This document shows, piece by piece, positions 50,111 to 60,360 of a DNA stretch of 64,000 bases. The notes beneath the pieces were generated by a model. The model did not search any database. It was not told the DNA's origin and saw nothing but the letters and a program-made list of their open reading frames with translations. This DNA is from a virus, in IMG/VR virus record IMGVR_UViG_3300045988_133395, one strand, 5' to 3'. The translations under genes were made by a program, and so were the position numbers. Within the stretch, counting starts at the first letter, position 1, and every line of letters starts with the position of its first letter.

Positions 50111-52487
50111 AAATTTTTGTCACAGAAGTAATTTCACCGTTTTTAATTAACTGATTACCTGTTGCAATTCTACTTGCAAGAGGAATATCTTTTGCGGAAA
50201 TACAGATGGAACTTAATTTGCCAACAACAAGAATATTATCCTCGTCCGCAACTAAAGCCCCAGAAATAACTGTTCCTGTTTCTTCTGTTGGTTTATAAAT
50301 AATCAAGCCTTTTCCCGCACGTTTCTGGAGAACTAATTCATCCATTTCAATCTTCTTTCCAAGACCTTTAGATGAAAAGATTGCAATGTAATCTGTTTTA
50401 TTACGAACTGGTAATGCCGTAACCACAAAATCATCTTTCTTTAAGGTGATTCCTTTAACACCTGCTGTCGCTCTACCAGAAGTTGAAATCTCTCCAGAAT
50501 TAATCTTAATTCCCATACCATTAGAGGTTAAAAGAACTAAATCTTCATCTTTAACAAGATTTACAGATACTAATGTATCATCCTCTTTAAGATTAATAGC
50601 AATAATTCCAGTCTTTTTCTTTGTATTTGTATATTCCTCTAATGAAGTTTTCTTTGTAATTCCGTTCTTTGTTACAAATAATAAATACTTTGCATCAGTA
50701 TCTCTATAAATAGAATAAATTAAATTAGGTTCTTCATCAGTATCCATCGCAATTAAAGACTTAATTGACTGACCTTTAGATACATTTGTACCTACTGGAA
50801 TATCATTTACAAGGATACGATACATTTTTCCTTTTGTTGTAAATACCATTAGAGAATCAATAGTATTTGTGCGGATGGTGGTTTTAACAACATCACCCTG
50901 TGTTTTAACACCTTTTCCGTTTCTTCTCTGAGTTCTGAAACTTGTAGAAGGAATACGTTTAATCAAACCATCTTCTGTCATTACAACAACACATTTTTCT
51001 GGTTCTACATATTCAATCTCTTTTTCTTCTTTTGTGATATTTACCTGTGTGATTGTAGTTCTACGAGCATCTCCATATGAAGTTTTAATCTCTGTAAAGT
51101 TCTTTTTCATTTCTGGAACTGGATTTAAAAGAATCTGATTTAATTCACCTTCTTTAATTAATAAAGAATCTTTTTCATTCCTTATTTCAACAGACTCTAA
51201 TTTTGCTAAACGAGATAATTTCATATCCAAAATTGCTTTAGATTGTGCCTCGCTAAGATTATATTTATTCATAAGAACAACTTTAGCTTCCGCCGCACTT
51301 GCAGACTTTTTAATGAGTAAAATGATATTATCAATATCCTCTAAAGCAATAAGCAATCCTTCAAGAATATGAATTTTAGCCTGAACTTTTTCAATATCAA
51401 ATTTAGTTTTTCTTAAAAGAACATCTCTTTGATGTTCAATATAATTCTCTAATAATTGTTTGATATTAAGAAGTCTTGGCTTTTTGTCAACCAGTGCAAC
51501 TTGGTTGAATGAATACGTACTTTCAAGTCTTGTGGACTTAAAAAGTTTTGCAATAATTGGAGTTGCTGACACTCCTTTTCCCAATTCAATGACAAACCTG
51601 ACACCTTTTTGGTTTGATTCATCGCGAATCGTTGTAATGCCATTAATCTCACCTTGTTCGCAAAGGTTGTCAATTTCAACAATTAAATCCTCCTTTGAAA
51701 CCTTATAAGGCATTGAAGTAAAAACAATACTATCTCCGCTTTTGGAAGATTCGATTGTATATTCACCTCTTAATCTTGCACGTCCTTTTCCTGTAAGATA
51801 AGCTGTTTCAAGTTCATCCTTATTAATAAGTAATCCACCTGTTGGGAAATCTGGACCTTTAATATAATTTAAAAGCTCTCTAATATCGCATTCTGGATTT
51901 TCCAAAAGATGAATAGCTGCATCCATAACTTCTGATAAATTATGTGGTGCAAATGAACAAGCCATCGCCCACGCAATTCCAGAAGTACCATTCACAATAA
52001 GATTTGGAATGCGGCCAGGTAAATAAATTGGCTCCTGCTCCTCATCTGTATAAGCATTCATCCAATCTACTGTATTCTTTTTAATATCTGCAAGCATTTC
52101 TTCTCCGAGTTTAGAAAGCTTACATTCTGTATATCTATATGCAGCCGGTTCATCACCATCTCGGCTTCCGTTATTACCATGCCAAGAAATGAGTGGATAT
52201 CTCATATTCCATTCCTGTGACATCCATACTAATGCCCCATAAATAGAACTATCACCATGTGGATGAAATCTACCCATTGTATCTCCGACTGGCTGAGCAC
52301 ACTTTACAAATTTCTTATTATTCATAAAACCTTTATCAAACATATCATATAAGATACGTCTATTAACAGGCTTTAATCCATCTTCTGCTGAAGGTAAAGC
52401 TCGATCTGAAATGATACTCATTCCATAATCAAGTAAACTCTGTTCAATTTCGTCTTTAATATTTACTTGAATAATATTCTCACTCAT
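50109..52487 (-). CDS. type II DNA topoisomerase large (GyrA/ParC-like, T4 gp52-like) subunit
   Basis: GLKPVNRRILYDM signature, catalytic Tyr region, 792 aa. Confidence 0.8.
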   Translation of the reverse strand: MSENIIQVNIKDEIEQSLLDYGMSIISDRALPSAEDGLKPVNRRILYDMFDKGFMNNKKFVKCAQPVGDTMGRFHPHGDSSIYGALVWMSQEWNMRYPLISWHGNNGSRDGDEPAAYRYTECKLSKLGEEMLADIKKNTVDWMNAYTDEEQEPIYLPGRIPNLIVNGTSGIAWAMACSFAPHNLSEVMDAAIHLLENPECDIRELLNYIKGPDFPTGGLLINKDELETAYLTGKGRARLRGEYTIESSKSGDSIVFTSMPYKVSKEDLIVEIDNLCEQGEINGITTIRDESNQKGVRFVIELGKGVSATPIIAKLFKSTRLESTYSFNQVALVDKKPRLLNIKQLLENYIEHQRDVLLRKTKFDIEKVQAKIHILEGLLIALEDIDNIILLIKKSASAAEAKVVLMNKYNLSEAQSKAILDMKLSRLAKLESVEIRNEKDSLLIKEGELNQILLNPVPEMKKNFTEIKTSYGDARRTTITQVNITKEEKEIEYVEPEKCVVVMTEDGLIKRIPSTSFRTQRRNGKGVKTQGDVVKTTIRTNTIDSLMVFTTKGKMYRILVNDIPVGTNVSKGQSIKSLIAMDTDEEPNLIYSIYRDTDAKYLLFVTKNGITKKTSLEEYTNTKKKTGIIAINLKEDDTLVSVNLVKDEDLVLLTSNGMGIKINSGEISTSGRATAGVKGITLKKDDFVVTALPVRNKTDYIAIFSSKGLGKKIEMDELVLQKRAGKGLIIYKPTEETGTVISGALVADEDNILVVGKLSSICISAKDIPLASRIATGNQLIKNGEITSVTKI

Positions 52488-52765
52488 TAAAACTCTCCCT
52501 TATCGAATAATTCTTTATAATATTGCATTTTTACATCCATCAAACTTTCATCTATAACTCTTTCTATAAAATTATAAATTGAATCAGCACTAACAACAAC
52601 ATCTTCTGATGGAACATATAAATAACAAGAACCAGTATTTAAAAGAGGATTTTGTTTATGATATTCTTCCATATATTTATCATATTCTTCTTTTGTCATA
52701 GGTTCTTCAACTGATTTAACAAATTGTAGTAATTGTTTTTTTAACTGTTCTTTATTCTTATCCAT
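52487..52765 (-). CDS. hypothetical protein
   Basis: 92-aa ORF. Confidence 0.4.
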   Translation of the reverse strand: MDKNKEQLKKQLLQFVKSVEEPMTKEEYDKYMEEYHKQNPLLNTGSCYLYVPSEDVVVSADSIYNFIERVIDESLMDVKMQYYKELFDKGEF

Positions 52766-52789
52766 ATATAATATATTACCATAAAAAAA

Positions 52790-53236
52790 TTAAATTGTCA
52801 AATAGTTACCAGGTTTAACCTTGCCCGTTGCCAGATTATCTGCCAGCTCATTAAATGGATTTTTAGAGTGTCCTTTTACTTTTACAAAAGTAACCTCAAT
52901 TATTTTAGATACATCAAAAAAAGCCTTTACAATCTCTAAATTTTCAGGCACTTTTCCATCCCCTTTAACCCATCCATTTCTTTCCCAATTATACATCCAG
53001 TTTGAAAAAGTATTAATTGCATATGCAGAATCAGAGTAAATTAATACATCTTCTTTAGCTAATACTCCTTGACAGGCTGCATAAAGGATAGCTTTCATTT
53101 CCTGTTCATTATTAGTTGTATTATCCTGTCTACTGGAATACGTACTTAAAATAGTACCTTCTGTATCAACTTGAACAACTCCAAAGCCACCTGGACCTGG
53201 ATTTGGACTCGCAGAACCGTCTGTATAAAATATCAT
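52790..53236 (-). CDS. rnhA: ribonuclease H (RNase HI-like)
   Basis: IFYTDGSASPNPGPGGFGVV (RNase HI TDGSxxxNPGxGGxG), 148 aa. Confidence 0.75.
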   Translation of the reverse strand: MIFYTDGSASPNPGPGGFGVVQVDTEGTILSTYSSRQDNTTNNEQEMKAILYAACQGVLAKEDVLIYSDSAYAINTFSNWMYNWERNGWVKGDGKVPENLEIVKAFFDVSKIIEVTFVKVKGHSKNPFNELADNLATGKVKPGNYLTI

Positions 53237-53238
53237 GT

Positions 53239-53478
53239 TTACTCCTTTACTTCAATGCCTGTATTGCACAAATCTCCAATTACATCATTATGCGGAAAAC
53301 ATTGCTGCCATAGCTTAAATTGTTCAGCAACAGTATCTATATCTAAATCATATTTCATTATATCAAAATGTAATATTACTTTGTCTCCATCTTTTATAGG
53401 AGTTATTTTAGTAATTGCAGCCATATCTGGTTTCTGAGAAAAATCTCCAGCTAATTCAATTATCTTTTTTTCTTCCAT
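53239..53478 (-). CDS. hypothetical small protein
   Basis: 79-aa ORF. Confidence 0.35.
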   Translation of the reverse strand: MEEKKIIELAGDFSQKPDMAAITKITPIKDGDKVILHFDIMKYDLDIDTVAEQFKLWQQCFPHNDVIGDLCNTGIEVKE

Positions 53479-53819
53479 TCTGTTACCTCTTTTAAAACTG
53501 TACGTTTTTCAACTTCAGTAATATCATCATCAAAGTCATAATAGTCTTCTTGCATTTCTGTTAAACCTCTGTCATAGCAAACAGAAAAATAGCGTCCATT
53601 AATACAAACAATTCCTTCTACAATTTGATTCCATCTGCGAGGTTCATCATATGATTCATCTGATAATCCATATTCCCATATAAGAAATTGAGTTATTGTG
53701 CCATAGTCATAAGCTTCATTAAAATTATTTTTAGGCTTGCCCGCATCATACCACTTTAAAAATTGGGATTCAAAGTGTTCTGACTCTTCTGGTACAAATT
53801 CAAATATTTTTGCTTCCAT
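53460..53819 (-). CDS. hypothetical protein
   Basis: 119-aa ORF. Confidence 0.35.
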   Translation of the reverse strand: MEAKIFEFVPEESEHFESQFLKWYDAGKPKNNFNEAYDYGTITQFLIWEYGLSDESYDEPRRWNQIVEGIVCINGRYFSVCYDRGLTEMQEDYYDFDDDITEVEKRTVLKEVTEWKKKR

Positions 53820-53983
53820 TTAATAACCTCTTTAGCTTTTAAATATTCTTTCCACACTTTTGGAGTTACATGTATCCAGCCGTCTTCAACTCCAACGGCC
53901 AGATACATTGCATCATTATACGTCAATATTTGCTCTCCATGCATTCTCTTCGATAAATTTCTTTCTATAAACAACTGACTCAC
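53756..53983 (-). CDS. hypothetical small protein
   Basis: 75-aa ORF. Confidence 0.3.
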   Translation of the reverse strand: MSQLFIERNLSKRMHGEQILTYNDAMYLAVGVEDGWIHVTPKVWKEYLKAKEVIKWKQKYLNLYQKSQNTLNPNF

Positions 53984-55814
53984 CCATCAATCCCATGAAA
54001 GTTTTAGCAGCTTCTTCTGCATCTTCCATACATATCTGTTTAAGAGTTCTGGTTTCTGGATTCATAACTGTTTCAGCCATTTCGGATGGGTCCATCTCGC
54101 CAAGACCCTTCATACGACCCAGCTCAAAAGATTTTTTAGTTGTCTTTCTGAACTCCTCAAGAGCCGCATCATCTTTCAGATAAGTAATCTTAGTTCCTTG
54201 TGTAACTTTATACAGTGGAGGAACTGCCGCAAAAATATATCCATCTTCAATTAACTGCGGAGCAAATTTCCAAATGAAAGTCAAAAATAATGCTCTAATG
54301 TGACTACCATCAACATCCGCATCGGCTGTAATAACAATTTTACCATAACGCAGTTTATCTTTATTTACAATTACTTTTCCGTCCTTAATTTCAAGTCCAA
54401 AAGCAGTAATCATACCATCAATTTCTGCATTCTTTAATGCCTTCGCGAGGTCTGCCTTCAATACGTTAAGAATCTTTCCTCTTACGGGGAACACAGCCTG
54501 GGTAGTTCTATCTCTGGCTTCTTTTGTTGAACCGGCCGCAGACTTTCCCTCTACAATAAATACTTCACAAGAGGCTCTATTTCGAGAACTTGCATCTGCT
54601 AATGTACCAGGCATTACTGCTCTTTTCTTTACATCTGCCTTACGAACTGTTTCTTTAGCTTTTTTAGCTTTTTCTCTTGCGGCACGTGCCAATAAAGCCT
54701 TATTGATAATTGCTTTTGCATCATTTGGATGGCTTTCAAGCCAAATTGCAATCTCTTTTGACACCAGCTTCTGGACCATTGTACGTCCTTCACTTGAATC
54801 AAGTTTCTCTTTTGTCTGACCTGAAAAGACTGGGTCTGGCATCACAAAAGAAAGAACTAATACAAGACCTTCTTTTAACTCATCTCCTACAATATTAGAA
54901 TCCTTCTCTTTAAGAAGTTTATTCTCTCTTGCATAATTATTAATTGCAGAAGTTAATGCAGTTCTAAATCCAGTAAGATGAGTTCCAGCTGTATTTGGAA
55001 TTGAGTTTGTATATAATTTATAAGTATCAGTATAACTATCGTTATACAACATTGCTAATTTTACACCAATTCTATCTTCGGAAGCTTCGGCATAAAAAAC
55101 AGATGTAATAGTATTTTTCTTTTTATTCAAATCTTGAATATAATCCAGAATACCATTCTGAGAAACAATTACATCTTCAGCTTTGTCTTTATATTTTAAT
55201 GTAAAAGTTAATCCAGGAGAAAGATACGCTAATTCCTGAATCTGTCTTTTTAATCCTTCATAATCAAGTGAAATTCCTTCTTTAAAAATCTCAATATCTG
55301 GATGAAAAATAATTGTTGTTCCAGTATCTTTTCCCGCATACTTTTCAACTTTAAAATCTTTTCTTTCACCTTTTTCAAATGTCATTGTTGCAATTTTACC
55401 ATCTCTTTTGGAAGTGACAATAAATTTATCAGACAATGCATTTGTTGCTTTTGCACCAACACCATTCATACCACCGGATGTATTATATCCAGTTTTACCA
55501 GAACTATCAAATTTAGCTCCTGTATGAAGTTTTGTAAAAATATTTTCAAGAGTTTCTGAACCATCTGCCGCCTTTCCAAAAGGAACACCACGTCCATCAT
55601 CAGAAACTTTTACCATGTCATCTTCTGTTACTTCAATATTACACTTTGTACAATATCCGTTTAAATACTCATCAATTACGTTAGAAATAATTTCAAGAGT
55701 AATATGTCTAACTCCATCTGGTCCGATTGAGCCTATATACATACCAGGTCTGAGCCTGATGGCTTCGATACCTTCCAAAGTTTTTATGTCTTTTACACCA
55801 TAATTCTCAGACAT
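53916..55814 (-). CDS. type II DNA topoisomerase ATPase (GyrB/ParE-like, T4 gp39-like) subunit
   Basis: LEGIEAIRLRPGMYIGS, GHKL ATPase N-terminus, TOPRIM EVFIVEGKSAAGS; 632 aa. Confidence 0.85.
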   Translation of the reverse strand: MSENYGVKDIKTLEGIEAIRLRPGMYIGSIGPDGVRHITLEIISNVIDEYLNGYCTKCNIEVTEDDMVKVSDDGRGVPFGKAADGSETLENIFTKLHTGAKFDSSGKTGYNTSGGMNGVGAKATNALSDKFIVTSKRDGKIATMTFEKGERKDFKVEKYAGKDTGTTIIFHPDIEIFKEGISLDYEGLKRQIQELAYLSPGLTFTLKYKDKAEDVIVSQNGILDYIQDLNKKKNTITSVFYAEASEDRIGVKLAMLYNDSYTDTYKLYTNSIPNTAGTHLTGFRTALTSAINNYARENKLLKEKDSNIVGDELKEGLVLVLSFVMPDPVFSGQTKEKLDSSEGRTMVQKLVSKEIAIWLESHPNDAKAIINKALLARAAREKAKKAKETVRKADVKKRAVMPGTLADASSRNRASCEVFIVEGKSAAGSTKEARDRTTQAVFPVRGKILNVLKADLAKALKNAEIDGMITAFGLEIKDGKVIVNKDKLRYGKIVITADADVDGSHIRALFLTFIWKFAPQLIEDGYIFAAVPPLYKVTQGTKITYLKDDAALEEFRKTTKKSFELGRMKGLGEMDPSEMAETVMNPETRTLKQICMEDAEEAAKTFMGLMGESVVYRKKFIEENAWRANIDV

Positions 55815-55864
55815 ATAAATCTCCTTTCAGTTTTAAAATCATCATTTTTTCTTATCATATATAT

Positions 55865-55893
55865 ATTATAGCATAAAAAAATAATAAAATCAA
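55865..55893 (-). promoter_or_regulatory. sigmaA-type promoter TTGATT-17-TATAAT (minus strand)
   Basis: Reverse complement TTGATTttattatttttttatgcTATAAT upstream of topo B gene. Confidence 0.5.
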
Positions 55894-55914
55894 TTCTTAA
55901 AATTTTAGTTACGG

Positions 55915-55958
55915 TCAAAAAAAAATACCCTAAAAGAGAAAATCTTCTCTTTTAGGGT
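55915..55958 (-). terminator. rho-independent terminator
   Basis: accctaaaagagaa/ttctcttttagggt hairpin + long T-run on minus strand. Confidence 0.55.
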
Positions 55959-55968
55959 TAAAAATCAA

Positions 55969-56370
55969 TTATCCTTTAGCTTTATCTTCATCAATTTGAC
56001 GCATTGCTGTTTCATATGTAATACCGCCTGCGGTATTCTCTTTTGCGGACTTCAATGCATAGACCGCATATCCTACGACTTCACTCACGACTGCACCTAT
56101 TAATGCTACCAATGGAGTAAAGTCTGGATTCGCCATGGTAAGAGTTGTTAAATCAAGACTCTTTAAAGTTACAAAGCCTGTGAAAAGTTCTATAATTGTA
56201 CAATTTATAAACAAGAAAAGAATAAGGAGTTTTGAAGTAGATATTTTAGGAAGGAATTGTTTTTTAAATTCTCTTTTTTCTTGTTTTAATTTATACTTTC
56301 TTTCAAGAACTTCTTTTTCTCTTTGCCAGCGATGTTCTTTAATAGTTATATCACGTTCTTCTTTAGTCAT
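55969..56370 (-). CDS. putative holin (two TM helices, charged N-terminus)
   Basis: 133 aa; TM segments LLILFLFINCTIIELFTGFV and PLVALIGAVVSEVVGYAVYAL; immediately downstream of endolysin. Confidence 0.45.
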   Translation of the reverse strand: MTKEERDITIKEHRWQREKEVLERKYKLKQEKREFKKQFLPKISTSKLLILFLFINCTIIELFTGFVTLKSLDLTTLTMANPDFTPLVALIGAVVSEVVGYAVYALKSAKENTAGGITYETAMRQIDEDKAKG

Positions 56371-56372
56371 AA

Positions 56373-58103
56373 TTATTTACGTAAATATGTGCTTGAAGCA
56401 AATCCTGTATAAGTTACGTTCTTATATGTGAATTGGACATACAGCCATTTACAACCATTGCTAACTGAGTAATATCCATAATTAGCTACTTTTGTTCCTT
56501 TTGGAATTGTAACCATAAGAGCTTTAGATGTACCTGCTCCATGGCGGATATTTAAATCAGCTGTTGTACGATATGTACCTGCAAGAGATTTATTGAATCC
56601 AGTTGCGCCTTCTTTTGCAGTCATACTTTTTTTACTACTGGATGGTTTTGGTTTAGTGGCTGTAGGAGCCTTCTTTTTAGCTACATATGAATAATAAGTT
56701 TTAGTAGAATTAGAAGTATAAGCATAGCCGCATGAAGCACCTGGCCATACAATTTTATACCAGCCATTAGATAAAATCTCTAATACTTCTACTTTAGTTC
56801 CTTTAGAAATAGTTCCATAAGAAGAGCTATTTGTATTGGAATTACTTCTAATATTCATCTCGGTTTTTGCAGTTGCAGTACCAATTCCTTTTCCAACATA
56901 AGTCATATTAGTTTTTGCTGGAGCTGGGCTTGGTTGTGGTGAGTTAGAATTAGCTGCTAAACGTCCTCTTGTAACATTTGTCGCTGTATGATGAGCATCA
57001 TTAAGTAAAACATCTCCAGGAAGTAAATAATCATATCCAGAAAGATATTTATCTGCGGTTAAAACAGTAAATCCAGCAGCTTTAAAACCGGCTCTCATAT
57101 CACCAGTATAGCTTGCACTAATATGCTGTAAAGCTGGAATGCCAAGTAAATATCCTACTGCTCTAATATTAGCAATTACACCTGCAGAACAGTCTGCTTC
57201 ACATGCAATAGTAATTTGAGCAGGGTCATAGTTAGATGCTTTTAAATGAGCCCAATAAGTATCTCTCTCATATTGGTCATAACCAACTAAATCATTAAGA
57301 GCTGCGGCACAGCTTAATTCAGCCATTTTTTGACCTACTCTTGGGTCTTTTTCATATCTTAATACGCAGTTCCATGGTCTATTATACCAAGAACGCAAGT
57401 ACCATTCTCTGCCAGTCTGGTCACCAGCTCTTCCACTATGATATCCACCATTTTCATCTGAACCTGAATTAGAAATATAGTGAGTGCCAGTAGAATTAAT
57501 ATAGTTATTATAATTTGCCACTATTGAGTTTCCTCCTTTATTAGATGCATATGCATCATAATACCTCTGACCATATTTAGCTCTTGTTGCTTTAACAGTT
57601 TCACCTGTATTAGCAGGACATTCAAAACGAGTTAAGACCATATCAGAAGCTTGTCTTACGCTTGTTGCATTTTTTAAAGTTGATAAAACTGTAGAATAAT
57701 TATTTTTTAATTCAGTCATAAGCCATTGTAACTGAATTAATTCATTGCCAATAGAAGCTTGTTTCATTTTTGCTAAATCATATAATCCTGCTTTACGACC
57801 TGGGCTGGTCCATTGGCAAAGCCCATATCCATATTGCTTATTAGGGAGTGGATGCAGAAAAGTTTCTCTTGAGATTTTTCCATTATCAACTGCCACAGTA
57901 TAAGTAGAATCATTCCATACTTGACCATGTTCTTTTAATCTATTTAAGCATAAAACTTCTACTCTATTTGGAATCATACCAGACTCAGCATATATGTTAC
58001 CCATTAATCCAGCAACACCATATGGATTATTAATTTCTTTAATTAGATAATCCCAAATATTTTTTTCAATTGAAGCCATATTTGTATAAACCTCCTCTTC
58101 CAA
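56373..58103 (-). CDS. multidomain endolysin: N-terminal phage-lysozyme-like domain, central Cys-containing hydrolase-like region, two C-terminal SH3b-like cell-wall-binding repeats
   Basis: GVAGLMGNIYAESGM (phage tail lysozyme-type motif), CEADCSAG, two repeats ...GYAYTSNSTKTYYSYV / ...CKWLYVQFTYKNVTYTGFA. Confidence 0.55.
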   Translation of the reverse strand: MEEEVYTNMASIEKNIWDYLIKEINNPYGVAGLMGNIYAESGMIPNRVEVLCLNRLKEHGQVWNDSTYTVAVDNGKISRETFLHPLPNKQYGYGLCQWTSPGRKAGLYDLAKMKQASIGNELIQLQWLMTELKNNYSTVLSTLKNATSVRQASDMVLTRFECPANTGETVKATRAKYGQRYYDAYASNKGGNSIVANYNNYINSTGTHYISNSGSDENGGYHSGRAGDQTGREWYLRSWYNRPWNCVLRYEKDPRVGQKMAELSCAAALNDLVGYDQYERDTYWAHLKASNYDPAQITIACEADCSAGVIANIRAVGYLLGIPALQHISASYTGDMRAGFKAAGFTVLTADKYLSGYDYLLPGDVLLNDAHHTATNVTRGRLAANSNSPQPSPAPAKTNMTYVGKGIGTATAKTEMNIRSNSNTNSSSYGTISKGTKVEVLEILSNGWYKIVWPGASCGYAYTSNSTKTYYSYVAKKKAPTATKPKPSSSKKSMTAKEGATGFNKSLAGTYRTTADLNIRHGAGTSKALMVTIPKGTKVANYGYYSVSNGCKWLYVQFTYKNVTYTGFASSTYLRK

Positions 58104-58140
58104 AATATCTTCTTCAAAGGTTTTAACATGTTTCCATTAT

Positions 58141-58178
58141 AAATAAAAAAACCAGAAGAGATATTAATCTCTTCTGGT
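58141..58178 (-). terminator. rho-independent terminator
   Basis: accagaagagat/tctcttctggt hairpin + TTTTTTATTT on minus strand. Confidence 0.55.
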
Positions 58179-58183
58179 TTATA

Positions 58184-59431
58184 TTATAATCTTTCTGCAA
58201 TTTTAGCAATTTTAGAACGATGAATCATTTTTAATTCAATTTCACCATATATATCTTCACCTCGATAGACCTTTGATACTCGTCTCATACCATTATTATT
58301 TCCGGCAAATGCAATGTCATCAACTTGCGCTTTTTCATCTCCATCTATAATACATATGCTATCTTCACCAATTCTTTGTAAAGCAAGTTTCATAAGTGTA
58401 ATATCAAGATTTTGAGCTTCTGAAATATATATCCCAGCATTCATTCCAGTAGTGTCATAACCTCTAATATCAGAGAATGGGAGTAAAACAATTTGTTCTT
58501 CATCCATCAATCTCTCTAATTCAATTCGACTTCCTATTTTACTTGCAAGAACATTTCCAATTTGTGAATCTAAAAGTTTTTCATCTTTAGTACCTGGTAA
58601 ATATCCTAATTTAGCAGAATTTTTTGTAGCAACTGTATTACAGAAAATAATAATTTTATCAATCTTACCACGCTCTAATTGACTCATTAAGTATCCAAGA
58701 GATAGGTATGTTTTACCTGAGCCCGCAGGTCCTTTTACCAGAGTTATTTTATTATTTGTAAAACTATCTGCGACAAGCGTCTGATAAATATCTCCTTTAA
58801 GCGGTTTAACTTCACCGAACCATTTAGAATTAAAGCTTCTAAATTGAGTATGGCGATATTCAGAACCTGTCCATACCGCAGAATCGACTGGTTTTCCATC
58901 TTTGTCTTTTACAATGATATATTCATTTACTTTTAAATCATAAATATTTTCAGTAGGATTAGAATAAAAATCAGACATCATTTCATCATCCATTATAATC
59001 TCTTTATATCCACTGTAATCATCTTTTGGAGGATACATAGACATAATACATTGCACTGGTAAAAATGCGGTAGCAATAACTTTTAAAGTCAAATCATTCG
59101 TTACAAAGAAAAAATTTTCTCTTTCACTTATTTTTAAATTATTAAAATAAGAATATGCAGTCGCTAAAATTTTAATATCATTATTTACTTCAAATCCCTT
59201 TTCAGTAAAAGGATAAATAAAAAATGTCTTATATAATACAACTTCATATTTTGCGGGATTCGCATTTAAAAAAGATAGGATTTTTCTTGCAATATATTTA
59301 ACTTCAGAATCTTTAGAAGTTGATGTTTTAATCTTCTCAAGTTCCGCTAATGTAATAGAAGATATGATGAACTTCTCTTCTGGCATAGTTTCAAAGTTAT
59401 CTAATAATGCACATGTGTCATAAAATTTCAT
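58184..59431 (-). CDS. phoH: PIN-domain + PhoH-like ATPase (YlaK-like)
   Basis: N-terminal MKFYDTCALLDN (PIN acidic triad start), LVKGPAGSGKTYLSLG Walker A; 415 aa. Confidence 0.75.
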   Translation of the reverse strand: MKFYDTCALLDNFETMPEEKFIISSITLAELEKIKTSTSKDSEVKYIARKILSFLNANPAKYEVVLYKTFFIYPFTEKGFEVNNDIKILATAYSYFNNLKISERENFFFVTNDLTLKVIATAFLPVQCIMSMYPPKDDYSGYKEIIMDDEMMSDFYSNPTENIYDLKVNEYIIVKDKDGKPVDSAVWTGSEYRHTQFRSFNSKWFGEVKPLKGDIYQTLVADSFTNNKITLVKGPAGSGKTYLSLGYLMSQLERGKIDKIIIFCNTVATKNSAKLGYLPGTKDEKLLDSQIGNVLASKIGSRIELERLMDEEQIVLLPFSDIRGYDTTGMNAGIYISEAQNLDITLMKLALQRIGEDSICIIDGDEKAQVDDIAFAGNNNGMRRVSKVYRGEDIYGEIELKMIHRSKIAKIAERL

Positions 59432-59676
59432 TCGTCTTCCTCTTCTTCCTCTGGTTCATTATTTTGTACTACAAATCCAATGGCGTGTGTATTTTCTGGC
59501 TCAAGTTCTTCTGCCATCTTTTGAATTTGTATATTATATTTAGAAATTGTCATGTTTAGTTTACCTTTGGCAACCTCTAAAGCAGTGACAATTACTATTG
59601 TTAGAGCCTCTATTACAGGAATTATTAATTCAATAAAAATTATTCCTAAAATAAAAAATATTAAGTTTTGAATCAT
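59428..59676 (-). CDS. small membrane protein with acidic C-terminal tail
   Basis: 82 aa; ILGIIFIELIIPVIEALTIVIVTA TM; EEEEEDE tail. Confidence 0.4.
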   Translation of the reverse strand: MIQNLIFFILGIIFIELIIPVIEALTIVIVTALEVAKGKLNMTISKYNIQIQKMAEELEPENTHAIGFVVQNNEPEEEEEDE

Positions 59677-59722
59677 TCGTTCCTCCTTTTTAACTCCTTA
59701 TATATATTTGAAAATAGAGAGA

Positions 59723-60181
59723 TTAAATTGAAGGTTTTTGTCCTACATCGTCCTTCTTTGTTCTATTGGCTCTAATTTTTTGATAGAATTTTTCTTTTTC
59801 AGAAATGTACTGTTTAAGTTTTTGCTTAGTATGAGTTAGCAAATCACGAATTGTATCTAAGTCAGATTCTACTTGATAAAAGTTTCTCTGTAAAGCTCTA
59901 TTTTCGTAAGATTTTGGATTAAACTTTTTACTATACTTCATTTCGTCCATTACTTTTTTTAATGCTTTAAGAGCTGGCTTTAACTCATTATCACGAATAT
60001 GAGTATAATACTTAATCTCTGCTCTCCATAAAGCAATTTGGTATCCAGTCTTTTCGTTAGCCATATCCATATCATCTGGATGCACACTGGCAATACCTGT
60101 AAATATATTATTTCCATCTGCTAAAATGCAAGTTGCAGTTTTAGTAGTATCATCCCAGTAGAACTTAGGTTCTTGTTTCAT
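59723..60181 (-). CDS. hypothetical protein
   Basis: 152-aa ORF. Confidence 0.4.
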   Translation of the reverse strand: MKQEPKFYWDDTTKTATCILADGNNIFTGIASVHPDDMDMANEKTGYQIALWRAEIKYYTHIRDNELKPALKALKKVMDEMKYSKKFNPKSYENRALQRNFYQVESDLDTIRDLLTHTKQKLKQYISEKEKFYQKIRANRTKKDDVGQKPSI

Positions 60182-60210
60182 ATCAAGTCCTCCTTATATT
60201 ATATAAAAAT

Positions 60211-60239
60211 ATTATATCACAAAAATAAGGGAAAATCAA
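60211..60239 (-). promoter_or_regulatory. sigmaA-type promoter TTGATT-17-TATAAT (minus strand)
   Basis: Reverse complement TTGATTttcccttatttttgtgaTATAAT upstream of 59723..60181. Confidence 0.5.
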
Positions 60240-60330
60240 AAAGGGGACATTTTGCTAAAAAAAATTGGTGGGTGCGATTTTTAAGTGGCAACGACCGCTG
60301 ATGGCGCCTACGAGCCCGAATTTTCTGGCA

Positions 60331-60360
60331 CAAAAAAAATAGAGTCTTTTAAGACTCTAT
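60331..60360 (-). terminator. rho-independent terminator overlapping stop codon
   Basis: atagagtctt/aagactctat hairpin flanked by A8/T-runs. Confidence 0.5.

Noticed and set aside
60240-60330. tRNA gene in GC-rich island (also 36330..36400)
   Set aside because: Could not fold a cloverleaf: no T-loop GTTCRANYC, and no paired acceptor ends on either strand.
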